Part shown: one piece after another, positions 11,092 to 20,711 of the stretch | Layout of the letters: every line of letters starts with the position of its first letter | How positions within the stretch are numbered: the stretch's first letter is position 1 | The notes under the pieces: generated by a model | What the model was told of the DNA's origin: nothing | Seen by the model: the letters and a program-made list of their open reading frames with translations, nothing else | Databases searched by the model: none | Translations under genes and position numbers: made by a program | Assembly (NCBI GenBank): GCA_016211085.1 | Contig: JACQSY010000039.1 | Span: forward strand, 3,129 to 67,128 | Reading direction: 5' to 3' | DNA: 64,000 bases | DNA from: Acidobacteriota bacterium | GTDB taxonomy: Bacteria; Acidobacteriota; UBA6911; RPQK01; JACQSY01

Positions 11092-11180
11092 CTTGCCCCC
11101 CGGTCCCGCATGTTAGAGTGCCTCGAACAGTAAACAAGCATAAGTTCGATACGAATGAAAACACGTTTTTCAGCGTCCTG

Positions 11181-12353
11181 TTAATACAACAGGTAATTCT
11201 TACGGATTGCGGCAAAGCGTTCGAGATCGTCTCTCCATCTTTCCTCGAGCAACACCGTGTCTGCTCCCGTTTCTAGCTGGAGCCTGATTTGGTCCGTACC
11301 GCACAGGATGTCAATGGGAAGCTTTACCATTTCATACTCATACGGCGGCGACTTCCACTGGAAACGGTCTCCTCCCGTTAGCCGGTATTGCCGCAACATC
11401 TCCAGGCCCGTGCTAAACGGTTTGAAATAACTCCGATCAATGACGTGGATTTGCACCCCTCCCACCATCTCCCCGCACCATTTATGAAAGGTCGGGATGT
11501 AGTACGCGGGCCGGAAGATCACACCGGGCAATTTTGCCTGCTTCAAGCGTGTGACCATCTCTTCAGCACGCACCCAGGGAGCCCCGCTCATCTCAAAGGG
11601 ACGAGTAGTGCCCCGTCCTTCCGATATATTTGTCCCTTCCAAAAGACAAGTTCCGGGATAAACCAGTGCGGTTTCGATGCTGGGCATATTCGGAGAGGGG
11701 AGCACCCAGGGAAGGCCGGTTTGGTCGAAATACATGCAACGGTTCCAGCCTTTCATGCAGACCACGTGAAGAGCGCAGCCGATTTCAAACTCCTCATTGA
11801 AATACCTTGCCAATTCTCCTGGGGTCATACCATGCCGGACAGGTAAGGGAAACATGCCGACAAACGAGGAAAATTCCGGGTCGAGTATTGGACCTTCCAA
11901 CTCAATCCCTCCAATGGGATTTGGCCGGTCGAGCACCACGAACTCCCGGCCTTCTTCGGCACAAGCCTGCATGGCCAGCGCCATGGTGTAAATAAAGGTG
12001 TAATAACGGCTGCCAACGTCCTGCAAATCAAAAAAAAGCACATCAATGTCGGCAAGCATTTCCCTGGTGGGCTTTCGAGTCCTGCTGTAGAGACTATACA
12101 CGGGGAGCCCAATTGCCGGATCGAAGTAGCCACCCCACTCGATCATGTTGTCTTGAGTCTCACCTCGTGCACCATGTTGCGGGCCCATGATTGTCGTCAG
12201 CTGGATCTCTGGATGTTCAAAAAAGAGTTCAACAATGTGGCGGATTTGGGAATCCACCGAAGCCGGATGAGCGATGACTCCAACACGCTTTCCTCTTGCC
12301 AGGCCGAGGCGCTCTTGAAGAAAAACATCCAATCCAGTCTGCACGCAGCTCAT
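11181..12353 (-). CDS. DUF1343 family protein (exo-beta-N-acetylmuramidase NamZ family)
   Basis: 390 aa. The N-terminus GLDVFLQE...GKRVGVIAHPASV and overall length are typical of DUF1343. Confidence 0.65.
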   Translation of the reverse strand: MSCVQTGLDVFLQERLGLARGKRVGVIAHPASVDSQIRHIVELFFEHPEIQLTTIMGPQHGARGETQDNMIEWGGYFDPAIGLPVYSLYSRTRKPTREMLADIDVLFFDLQDVGSRYYTFIYTMALAMQACAEEGREFVVLDRPNPIGGIELEGPILDPEFSSFVGMFPLPVRHGMTPGELARYFNEEFEIGCALHVVCMKGWNRCMYFDQTGLPWVLPSPNMPSIETALVYPGTCLLEGTNISEGRGTTRPFEMSGAPWVRAEEMVTRLKQAKLPGVIFRPAYYIPTFHKWCGEMVGGVQIHVIDRSYFKPFSTGLEMLRQYRLTGGDRFQWKSPPYEYEMVKLPIDILCGTDQIRLQLETGADTVLLEERWRDDLERFAAIRKNYLLY

Positions 12354-12371
12354 GAATCAATGCAAAAGGTG

Positions 12372-13166
12372 TCAGTTGTAAAACTCAAGGGGGCGAACTG
12401 AGGAGATCAGTCCTGATTCTGCTGCCAGGCTGTAAAAGGTGTCCAACCCGCGCAAATTTTCTTCGTCCAGGGAAAAATTCAGATTGTGAAGGAGATAGTC
12501 ACGGACCTCCCCGGCAGACACCGAAAGCTTCGCTGAATATATCCTGGCAATGTCCTCGATATGATTCAAACCTGCCCGGCGCGACTCGTAAAAGATTTGC
12601 ACCAGTTCACCCAGATTCACGCCGTGGCGAATCGACCAGAACGCAAAGACAAAAGGAAGACCGGTAAATTCGTTCCATTGTTCAGCCAGATCGTACACAA
12701 AGAGCGATTGACGAGGGAGCTGAAGCGCCGGATTACCAATCAGAAGCGCAGCGTCATACCATTCCAGCATCCGGTCCGCCAGTGGCGGCTCTTCGGTGTA
12801 TTCAATGTGATCCATGCGGTGGAATTTCTGAAGAAGGATCTGTAGCAGAGCTGCTGAAGTTCTGCTGGAACTGTCCAGGGCCACACGCCGTACCTGTTTC
12901 AGCGGGACCTTGCTCACAAAAAGAACACTTTTCACTTCGTGTTTCGAAGCAATCGAAATTCCAGGCAGTACGCGCAGTCCGACGATTCGCTGGTACTCGA
13001 TCACCGGGATCAGGCCGACGTCCGCTTCTCCCTTCGCCAGGTGCCGCGCGCATTCTGAAGGGACGTCGAAGATGATCTCAAAAGCCTCCCGGTAATCTCC
13101 ATAGAGGAATCCCCAACCTAGGGGAACAGAGTTGAGGAATTCAATGAAGGAAACTTTCGGTTTCAC
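12372..13166 (-). CDS. mqnA: Chorismate dehydratase (futalosine-pathway menaquinone biosynthesis, MqnA family)
   Basis: The N-terminus ...VSFIEFLNSVPL..G and a periplasmic-binding-protein-like layout are typical of MqnA. GTG start. Confidence 0.7.
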   Translation of the reverse strand: MKPKVSFIEFLNSVPLGWGFLYGDYREAFEIIFDVPSECARHLAKGEADVGLIPVIEYQRIVGLRVLPGISIASKHEVKSVLFVSKVPLKQVRRVALDSSSRTSAALLQILLQKFHRMDHIEYTEEPPLADRMLEWYDAALLIGNPALQLPRQSLFVYDLAEQWNEFTGLPFVFAFWSIRHGVNLGELVQIFYESRRAGLNHIEDIARIYSAKLSVSAGEVRDYLLHNLNFSLDEENLRGLDTFYSLAAESGLISSVRPLEFYN

Positions 13167-13202
13167 AAGTTGGATTTTCGCACATTTTGAAGCCGCAGCG
13201 TT

Positions 13203-14315
13203 ATGGTTGGCGTGAAGGAGGTCAGCTTCTTAACGCTGGCACTGACGTTGGTGCCCGGGTTGGGCCTCAACCGTGCCCATCAGCTGCTACAAAAAGTCGG
13301 GACTCCCGCAGACATTTTCCGTCTCCGGCGAGCAGAATTGGTGCGTGACTACCAGCTCCCCGAAGAGGCGGCAGTTGCCATCGCGGGTCGATTTGCCATC
13401 CGAAATGCCGAGACCGCCGCCAGAGAGGCTCGGTCCCGAAATATTTCGATTCTTTCCTATTTCGATGACGCTTACCCGGAATTGCTCAGGCAGATCTATT
13501 CAGCTCCTTTGGTCCTTTATACCTCGGGAAACGTCAATTACCTGCGCACTCCCGCTATAGCGTTGGTTGGCTCACGGCGTTGTTCAATTTACGGCAGGCA
13601 GATTTCGCACAAGCTGGCCCGAGACTTGGCCGAAGTTGGCTTGGTTCTCGTCAGCGGCCTGGCTCGCGGGATCGACTCCTGCGCCCACCTCGGAGCTCTG
13701 GATGCAGGCGGTTACACTATTGCAGTCATGGGCAATGGCGTGGACGTGATCTATCCGCGCGAAAACCGGCGGCTCTACGAGCGTATCCGCCAGCACGGAT
13801 GTCTCATTAGCGAGTTTCCTTGCGGTAGCTTTCCGGCGCCGCAGAATTTCCCCATCCGAAATCGGATTATCAGTGGCCTGTGTTACGGTACGCTGATTAC
13901 CGAGGCCTCCGAATTTTCCGGGTCCCTCATCACTGCGAGGCTCGCCTTGGAGCAAAATAGGGAAGTGTGGGCAGTGCCGGGAAACATCACCAGTCCCGGC
14001 AGTTATGGTCCGAATTACCTTATCAAACAAGGTGCCAAGATCGTCTTGTCGGCACAGGATGTCCTGGACGAACTGCCGCTTTATGTTCTAGACTGCCTCT
14101 CCCATCCAGCTGAGATTCATGCGCCTTCTGGTAAAGTGGAGCCTGAGGAGTTGGCGATTCTGAAACTTTTGCCGCCAGATGCATCCATTCAGTTTGAGCG
14201 CCTATTGAAGTTGAGCGGATTGTCGCAATCTCGGCTGAACGAAGTGCTGCTCGAACTGGAAATGCGCGACCTGATTCGGCAGTTACCGGGTCGTCAGTTT
14301 GCACGGAAACTTTGA
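13203..14315 (+). CDS. dprA: DNA-processing protein DprA
   Basis: Rossmann-like core ...VSGLARGIDSCAH...AVMGNGVDVIYPREN..., followed by a C-terminal winged-helix region. Confidence 0.9.
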   Translation: MVGVKEVSFLTLALTLVPGLGLNRAHQLLQKVGTPADIFRLRRAELVRDYQLPEEAAVAIAGRFAIRNAETAAREARSRNISILSYFDDAYPELLRQIYSAPLVLYTSGNVNYLRTPAIALVGSRRCSIYGRQISHKLARDLAEVGLVLVSGLARGIDSCAHLGALDAGGYTIAVMGNGVDVIYPRENRRLYERIRQHGCLISEFPCGSFPAPQNFPIRNRIISGLCYGTLITEASEFSGSLITARLALEQNREVWAVPGNITSPGSYGPNYLIKQGAKIVLSAQDVLDELPLYVLDCLSHPAEIHAPSGKVEPEELAILKLLPPDASIQFERLLKLSGLSQSRLNEVLLELEMRDLIRQLPGRQFARKL

Positions 14316-14362
14316 TAAGAAGAGTGACTTGTTATGATAAATAGTTTTGTGGAGGACCATTC

Positions 14363-16609
14363 ATGCCCAGGTCGATCGTGATTGTTGAATCACCGGCAAA
14401 GGCCAGGACCATTGAAAAATATCTGGGAAAGGATTTTATTGTTCGGGCTTCTTCCGGCCACATTAAGGATCTTCCTAAAGGCGGTCTCGGTGTTGATATC
14501 AAGCATGATTTTCATCCCACCTATCGCATTATTCCCGGCAAAGAAAAAATAATCAGAGACCTTCGTAAGGATGCCGAGAAATCGGATGCTATTTATCTGG
14601 CTGCGGACCCTGACCGTGAAGGCGAAGCGATTTGCCAGCATCTTGCCGAGGAGCTGGAAGGTGCTCGAAGGGGCGAAATCCGCCGCGTCCTATTCAATGA
14701 AATCACCCGAAATGCCATCCTGAGCGCCTTTAAGAATCCCTCAAGAATCGACCGCAATAAAGTCGAAGCACAGCAGGCTCGCAGAATCCTCGACCGACTG
14801 GTGGGCTATAAGGTCAGTCCGCTTCTATGGCAAAAAGTGCGGCGTGGCCTGTCCGCAGGTCGCGTCCAATCAGTAGCCTTGCGGATGATTGTGGATCGTG
14901 AGCGGGAGATCCGTTCTTTCGTCTCCGAAGAGTATTGGAATATCATCGCGTTGCTTGCAGGGCTGAACCCGCCGCCATTCTCTGCTCGCGCCGTCAAGCA
15001 TGGCGGGAAAAAGCTCAAAATTTCCAACCGGCAGGAAGCCGATTCCATCCTGGCGGAACTCAGGGCTGCCGCCTTTTTAGTTGCGGACGTTCAGAAAAAG
15101 GAGAGAAAAAGGAACCCTGTTCCTCCCTTCATCACCAGCACGTTACAACAAGAGGCGGTACGTAAATTGCGCTTCAGCGTCAGCAAAACCATGAGCGTCG
15201 CCCAACGACTCTACGAAGGAATCGACATCGGTGAAGAAGCCCCCGTTGGTCTGATCACCTATATGCGTAGCGATTCCACTCGAGTCGCTGAGAGCGCTCT
15301 CCAGGAGGTTCGGGCTTTCATAGGGCAAGATTACGGAGCCCAATACCTTCCCTCCAAGCCGGCGATCTACAAAACCCGCAAAGCCCAGGATGCTCATGAG
15401 GCCATTCGCCCCACTTCAGCGCTGCGGCTGCCTGATCTTGTAAAGCCCCACCTCAGCCGAGATGAAGCACGTTTGTACGAGCTCATCTGGAAACGTTTTG
15501 TGGCTTCGCAGATGAACCCCGCGCGATTTGACCAGACGGAAATCAAGATCAAGGCCGGCAAGGTGGAATTGAAGGCCACCGGGTCCGTTTTGAAGTTTGA
15601 CGGTTTCTTGCGCCTGTATCAGGAAACTCCGGATGAGGTGGCGGAGCCGGAAGGCGGTGAATCACTCCTCCCGGAAGTCTCCGTGGGAGAAAAGCTGACG
15701 GTTCAAAAACTCCTTCCTGAGCAGAAATTTACTCAGCCGCCCGCCCGGTATTCGGAAGCTACCCTGGTGAAAGCGCTTGAGGAAAAGGGCATTGGCCGGC
15801 CTTCGACCTACGCGCAGATACTTGGCGTCATCATGCGGCGCGATTACGTCACAAAACAGGATGGCCGTTTTGTTCCCACGGAACTGGGTGAAATCGTCAT
15901 CGAGCTTCTGGTTGAGAATTTCGAGGAGATTTTTAATTACGACTACACTGCCAAGCTCGAGCAGAATCTCGACGAAATTGAGAGCGGCCAGGAAGAATGG
16001 GTGCACACGCTCAAAGATTTTTACTCAGAGTTTTCGAAGGAGCTGCAACAGGCCCGCGCCCACATGAAAAATCTCAAGAAGGAAGAAATCCCTTCGGGAG
16101 TCCTCTGCGAAAAGTGCGGCTCAGAAATGAACCTGCGCTGGGGAAGGTTTGGAAAATTTCTCGCGTGCAGTAATTATCCCCAGTGTAAAAATACTCGTAA
16201 AAGCCCTGAAGAAAATGGAAATACCGTTGAGAAGAACCTGGAGGAGCCTTGTCCTCGCTGTGGATCGCCCTTGCGCTTGCGCTCGGGCCGTTATGGGGAG
16301 TTCATCGCTTGCAGCAGTTATCCCCACTGTAAATACACCCGCCAGGATTCCACAGGAGTTAAGTGCCCGCATTGCAACCAGGGGGAACTGGTGCAAAGGA
16401 AATCGCGGCGGGGCCGTATTTTTTATAGCTGTGACCAGTTCCCTGAATGCAAGTTTGTCGTCTGGAACAAGCCGGTTCCTCAGGAATGCCCTTCATGTGG
16501 AGCTCCCTACCTGCTGGAGAGGAATACCAAGAGAGAAGGCCTAGTCCGTTATTGCGGCGTGGAGAGCTGTCGTTTTAAGCAAGCCGTAGAGCCGGTGGCA
16601 GCCGAGTAA
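14363..16609 (+). CDS. topA: DNA topoisomerase I
   Basis: Toprim N-terminus IVESPAKARTIEKYLG. Active-site region ITYMRSDS. Several C-terminal C4 zinc ribbons (CEKCGS...C.NYPQC etc.). GGAGGA Shine-Dalgarno upstream. Confidence 0.95.
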   Translation: MPRSIVIVESPAKARTIEKYLGKDFIVRASSGHIKDLPKGGLGVDIKHDFHPTYRIIPGKEKIIRDLRKDAEKSDAIYLAADPDREGEAICQHLAEELEGARRGEIRRVLFNEITRNAILSAFKNPSRIDRNKVEAQQARRILDRLVGYKVSPLLWQKVRRGLSAGRVQSVALRMIVDREREIRSFVSEEYWNIIALLAGLNPPPFSARAVKHGGKKLKISNRQEADSILAELRAAAFLVADVQKKERKRNPVPPFITSTLQQEAVRKLRFSVSKTMSVAQRLYEGIDIGEEAPVGLITYMRSDSTRVAESALQEVRAFIGQDYGAQYLPSKPAIYKTRKAQDAHEAIRPTSALRLPDLVKPHLSRDEARLYELIWKRFVASQMNPARFDQTEIKIKAGKVELKATGSVLKFDGFLRLYQETPDEVAEPEGGESLLPEVSVGEKLTVQKLLPEQKFTQPPARYSEATLVKALEEKGIGRPSTYAQILGVIMRRDYVTKQDGRFVPTELGEIVIELLVENFEEIFNYDYTAKLEQNLDEIESGQEEWVHTLKDFYSEFSKELQQARAHMKNLKKEEIPSGVLCEKCGSEMNLRWGRFGKFLACSNYPQCKNTRKSPEENGNTVEKNLEEPCPRCGSPLRLRSGRYGEFIACSSYPHCKYTRQDSTGVKCPHCNQGELVQRKSRRGRIFYSCDQFPECKFVVWNKPVPQECPSCGAPYLLERNTKREGLVRYCGVESCRFKQAVEPVAAE

Positions 16610-16618
16610 GAAAACCTC

Positions 16619-17551
16619 TCAAAGCGTCACCTTGTAGGACAACACCGTAAAACGATCAATGGCAAGCATGGCCGCCACGCAATAGGCAGACATCAGCGCC
16701 AGCGCCAACACCCGCATCCAAAAACGATCTTTGATGACTCGGGTCCTGAACAAGTCATAGACCCGGTAGATCAGATAACACTCCAGAGCGAAAGGTAGAA
16801 AGCCGAGAAATCCCAAGGCAGGCATCTCAAAAATCTTTAAAGAATAAAAGAAAGGTAGAGAATAAATCCATTTAGCCCCTGACCAGAAATTCCAAAACTC
16901 CCAAAGCAGTCCACAGATAAGGCCGGCCGTCATTAGACGTAAAATCCTTTCGTAGTTCCCGCTTTCCGCCTGTCCTAATAAGGATTCGCTTCTATCGTAT
17001 CTATACACGAGGGGGTCAAGCAGAAAGATAAACGCCAGCCACAGAGCCGGGAAAAAGAATACCGGTTTCAACAGTAATGCCGCCAGCATGAGGGCGCCTA
17101 GCAATAACCAACGAACCAAAAGCGGCTGCCCGACTCTTAATCGCGGTCCGGTTCGAGTTGCAAACAACCCTAGGTTTCTTAATAGCCTTTCTGTCTCAAA
17201 GAGCGCAGGCAGCACGGTTCCAAATGCGATGAAGTAGCCCGGCCATCGGATATAGAGCTCAACAGGAACATCCAAATAATGCCAGTTGTTCATCCGCACG
17301 TTGAAGAGCTCGAACATAAACCACACTGGAGCGGAGAACAGAAAAACCCGCACACCCTGGCCTGGAGTATCGACCATCAGGGAGTTGGAGTGGCGATGGT
17401 TGATGGAGGCCACCCCAAAAATGTAAGTCCACCAGGCAATGCTGTAAAAATGGGTGTAAACCGGTTCGACCCGAAAAAGCGCTAGCAGGAACGCGCCAAT
17501 GTGGACCAGGAGGGCGGTCCACCCCATTGAGCCAAAGCTGATGTGTGCCAT
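16619..17551 (-). CDS. Polytopic integral membrane protein, unknown function
   Basis: 310-aa ORF with about 8 hydrophobic helices and an ATG start. Its stop is only 9 nt from the convergent topA stop. I recognise no family. Confidence 0.5.
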   Translation of the reverse strand: MAHISFGSMGWTALLVHIGAFLLALFRVEPVYTHFYSIAWWTYIFGVASINHRHSNSLMVDTPGQGVRVFLFSAPVWFMFELFNVRMNNWHYLDVPVELYIRWPGYFIAFGTVLPALFETERLLRNLGLFATRTGPRLRVGQPLLVRWLLLGALMLAALLLKPVFFFPALWLAFIFLLDPLVYRYDRSESLLGQAESGNYERILRLMTAGLICGLLWEFWNFWSGAKWIYSLPFFYSLKIFEMPALGFLGFLPFALECYLIYRVYDLFRTRVIKDRFWMRVLALALMSAYCVAAMLAIDRFTVLSYKVTL

Positions 17552-17593
17552 CTTTGCGAAAATTGCTGGCTTCGGGAATTCAAGCCAGTCATC

Positions 17594-18496
17594 TCAATCA
17601 TCCCCCTTGATCCGACGCGAAATTTCTGAAAGGCTCTCCAGAACCACCGAGCCGACGATTTGCAGATTCCCTGCAGAAAGCTTGTCGATGGTGTCTTCTG
17701 CAGTGTGCCAATAAGCATAGTCAATATCGATGATGTCAACAGCAGCGATGCCTTCCTCGAGAAATGGGAGGTGATCGTCTTGCACGGAGACAGCGCCGGC
17801 CGGACTAAATACGTCTACACACCCCTTCTCCGCTGCGGTCATCCAGATCAACTGACTTAACCAGGGCGTGGAGAAGGTGTCCTGACGGATCACCAGGTCC
17901 TTTTCACCGACCATATCCAACAAGATGACCGCGCCGATTGTTCCAATTTCGCCTCGCTTCTTAAGCTCGTGCACAAAGTGTCGGCTTCCATACAGGCTGT
18001 CGGCGCTGCTCCATTCCCCAAAGGATTCCTCGCCATCAAAAAAAACAAACCAGAATGTAGAATCCGGTGTCTTCTGCCTGGAAAGGACTTTGGCGATTTC
18101 CAACAGCAGAGCGGAACTGGAGCCGCTATCGTTGGCGCCTACGAATCGAAAATCCCTGAAAAGCTTGGAGTCGTAATGGCTGCCCATGACTATCACGCGA
18201 TTGCTTTTCCCTCTAAGCTCGGCCCAGATGTTGACCATCTGGACCTTCCCCTCGGGTGTTACCGCTTCAAAACTCTGGGTCATGGGAAGCAGGCCGGACA
18301 AGGTAAGTTGTTCTTTGATATATTCACCGACTTTTTTTTGATTTTCGCTACCCGCAGGATGTGGACCGTAAGCAACAATTCTTTCCACATGTCGCAGCAC
18401 GTTTTCTCCGTCAATTTGTGGCTGATCCGCTGAGGTTCCCCCGCAGGTGCTTAAGAGGATGAAAAGCGCCGCCAGGGAGAAAAGTGGCGACTTCAT
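17594..18496 (-). CDS. M28-family metallopeptidase / glutaminyl-cyclase-like lipoprotein
   Basis: Start moved to MKSPLFSLAALFILLSTCGG (signal peptide with lipobox-like LSTC). Metal-ligand regions ...GSHYDS..., GANDSGSSSA, FFDGEE. Confidence 0.72.
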   Translation of the reverse strand: MKSPLFSLAALFILLSTCGGTSADQPQIDGENVLRHVERIVAYGPHPAGSENQKKVGEYIKEQLTLSGLLPMTQSFEAVTPEGKVQMVNIWAELRGKSNRVIVMGSHYDSKLFRDFRFVGANDSGSSSALLLEIAKVLSRQKTPDSTFWFVFFDGEESFGEWSSADSLYGSRHFVHELKKRGEIGTIGAVILLDMVGEKDLVIRQDTFSTPWLSQLIWMTAAEKGCVDVFSPAGAVSVQDDHLPFLEEGIAAVDIIDIDYAYWHTAEDTIDKLSAGNLQIVGSVVLESLSEISRRIKGDD

Positions 18497-18591
18497 TGTC
18501 GACAAGGTTCCCGATAGGGGGAGTTTTGCAAAGTTCTCAAAGCCTGTGCTAAATTTTCCCACGCCCAAATATACCCTGGAAAGGAGTATTT

Positions 18592-20685
18592 ATGAAGGTT
18601 TTCGACAGCGAGAGCATCCGCAACGTAGCCGTGGTAGGGCACGGAGATGCGGGGAAGACTTCGCTGGTCAGTGCGCTGCTTTACTCGGCCGGAGCGGTTA
18701 ATCGATTGGGCCGCGTCGAAGACGGGAACACGGTGACTGATTACGACGAAGACGAAATAGAACGAAAAATAACCATCAATACCTCCCTGGCATATCTGAT
18801 CTGGAAAGATACCAAGATCAATCTGCTCGACACTCCCGGGTACGGGGCATTCATTCTGGACACAAAGGCATCCATGATCGCTGCGGAAACCGCTCTGGTG
18901 GTGGTAGAAGCAGTCTCTGGAGTCGGAGTCCAAACGGAGAATGTTTGGTCATTTGCTGAAGAATTTGGACTTCCGAGAGTTCTGGTGGTCAACAAAATGG
19001 ACCGCGACCGGGCCAGCTTCAGCCGAAGCCTGGAATCCATACAGGAGTTATTCGGCCGCACCTCCGTCCCGGTGCAGCTTCCGATCGGTGAAGAAAAGGA
19101 GTTCCGCGGTGTAGTCGATTTGGTGCGCAACAAGGCCTACTTGTTCTCCACGGACCCAAGTGGAAACTTTGAAGAAGTTGATATTCCGGAAGAGGTACGC
19201 GCAGTAGCCGCGAAAAGCCGCGATCAACTGGTGGAAATGATTGCCGAGAGCGACGACGCTTTAATGGAGAAGTTCTTTGAACAGGGTGGTCTGAGTGAGG
19301 CCGAACTCGTTACCGGACTTCGCAAATCAATTCAGTCGCTGAAAATATTTCCTGTCTTCTGCGCCAGTGCCACATTGAACATGGGCGGCAAACCTCTACT
19401 GGACGCCATTCAAGCCTTTCTGCCCGGTCCCCTGGAGCGAGGACCAGTGCAGCTACGAGATTTGAAGACGAAACAGGAACGAGAATTTGCCATTAGCAAA
19501 GAGGGTCCGGCTGCTGCATTTGTATTTAAGACCTTGGCTGACCCCTTCGCCGGCCGTATCAGCATGCTGAAAGTTTTTGGAGGAACCCTAAAATCGGATA
19601 CCACTTATCGCAACTTCTCCAGGGATATCGATGAACGAGTAGGCTCACTTCAGATCCTCCAAGGAAAATCTCATGAGGCTGTTTCTGAAGTCAGAGCGGG
19701 AGACGTCTGCACCGTACTGAAGCTGAAAGAGGCCACGACAGGTGATACCCTGGCCGATCGTTCATTTGCCGCTGCTTTTCGCTCGGTCGAGTTTCCAGAG
19801 CCCGCCATCAGTTTTGCCGTTGAGCCTAAGTCACGAGGTGATGAAGACAAAATCGGCGGTGCCATCGCCAGGATCATTGAAGAAGATCCGTCCATTGGAT
19901 TCCGCCGGGATCCTCAGACCAAAGAATTCCTTCTTTCAGGAACCGGACAGCTTCACGTAGAGGTGGCGGTTGCAAAATTAAAAAAGAAATACGGTGTCGA
20001 AGTGGTGCTCAAGCCGCCAAAGGTGCCTTATCGCGAGACCATTACCGGGACAGCCGACGTCCAGGGACGGCATAAAAAGCAAACGGGAGGCCACGGCCAG
20101 TTTGGCGACTGTAAGATAAAAATGGAGCCGCTTCCCCGAGATTCCGGTTTGCAATTTGAGGACGCCATTTTTGGGGGGGCAATCCCACGGAATTATATCC
20201 CCGCCGTGGAAAAGGGAATCGTCGAGGCGGCTGAAAAAGGCTTTCTCGCTGGTTTTCCAGTCGTGGATTTCAAGGTAATACTCTACGACGGCAGTTACCA
20301 CGAGGTGGACTCCTCCGAACTGGCTTTTAAGATTGCCGGATCGCTGGCATTTAAGAAGGGAATGGAAATGGCCAAGCCCGTCCTGCTTGAGCCTATAATG
20401 AATGTTGAGGTTTATGCTCCCGAGGAAGATGCAGGCGATCTTATGGGAGACTTGAACAGCCGCCGTGGAAGAATCCAGGGAATGGATTCACGCGGTCATG
20501 TGCAAATCATCCGGGCTCAAGTTCCTCTGTCGGAAATGCTGAATTACTCCTCTGCGTTGACTTCCATGACCGGAGGGCGCGGCAGCTATCATATGGAAAA
20601 CTCACATTACGATATCGTGCCGGCCCATCTGGCTGAGCGCATCATCGCTGAAGCTCGAAAAGAAAAGGAAGAAAAAAGCGCCTGA
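18592..20685 (+). CDS. Elongation factor G paralog (EF-G2-like translational GTPase)
   Basis: GTPase motifs GHGDAGKTS, DTPG, NKMD, followed by EF-G domains II-V. Good AGGAG Shine-Dalgarno. It is not embedded in an rpsL-rpsG-fusA-tuf context. Confidence 0.88.
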   Translation: MKVFDSESIRNVAVVGHGDAGKTSLVSALLYSAGAVNRLGRVEDGNTVTDYDEDEIERKITINTSLAYLIWKDTKINLLDTPGYGAFILDTKASMIAAETALVVVEAVSGVGVQTENVWSFAEEFGLPRVLVVNKMDRDRASFSRSLESIQELFGRTSVPVQLPIGEEKEFRGVVDLVRNKAYLFSTDPSGNFEEVDIPEEVRAVAAKSRDQLVEMIAESDDALMEKFFEQGGLSEAELVTGLRKSIQSLKIFPVFCASATLNMGGKPLLDAIQAFLPGPLERGPVQLRDLKTKQEREFAISKEGPAAAFVFKTLADPFAGRISMLKVFGGTLKSDTTYRNFSRDIDERVGSLQILQGKSHEAVSEVRAGDVCTVLKLKEATTGDTLADRSFAAAFRSVEFPEPAISFAVEPKSRGDEDKIGGAIARIIEEDPSIGFRRDPQTKEFLLSGTGQLHVEVAVAKLKKKYGVEVVLKPPKVPYRETITGTADVQGRHKKQTGGHGQFGDCKIKMEPLPRDSGLQFEDAIFGGAIPRNYIPAVEKGIVEAAEKGFLAGFPVVDFKVILYDGSYHEVDSSELAFKIAGSLAFKKGMEMAKPVLLEPIMNVEVYAPEEDAGDLMGDLNSRRGRIQGMDSRGHVQIIRAQVPLSEMLNYSSALTSMTGGRGSYHMENSHYDIVPAHLAERIIAEARKEKEEKSA

Positions 20686-20711
20686 ATCAGGCGCAGCCTG
20701 CCAGGTCAGTC

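Noticed and set aside
13229-13246. TGGCAC-tgacg-TTGG near the start of dprA
   Set aside because: It lies inside the dprA coding sequence and has GG instead of GC at -12. It is most likely a chance match.
20678-20694. Hairpin GCGCCTG-aat-CAGGCGC spanning the EF-G stop codon, and hairpin CTGAAAG-atggcct-CTTTCAG (56486-56506) after proS, considered as terminators
   Set aside because: Neither is followed by a U-tract. The first is only 18 nt before the lgt start. They may be real RNA structures, but I cannot support a terminator call.
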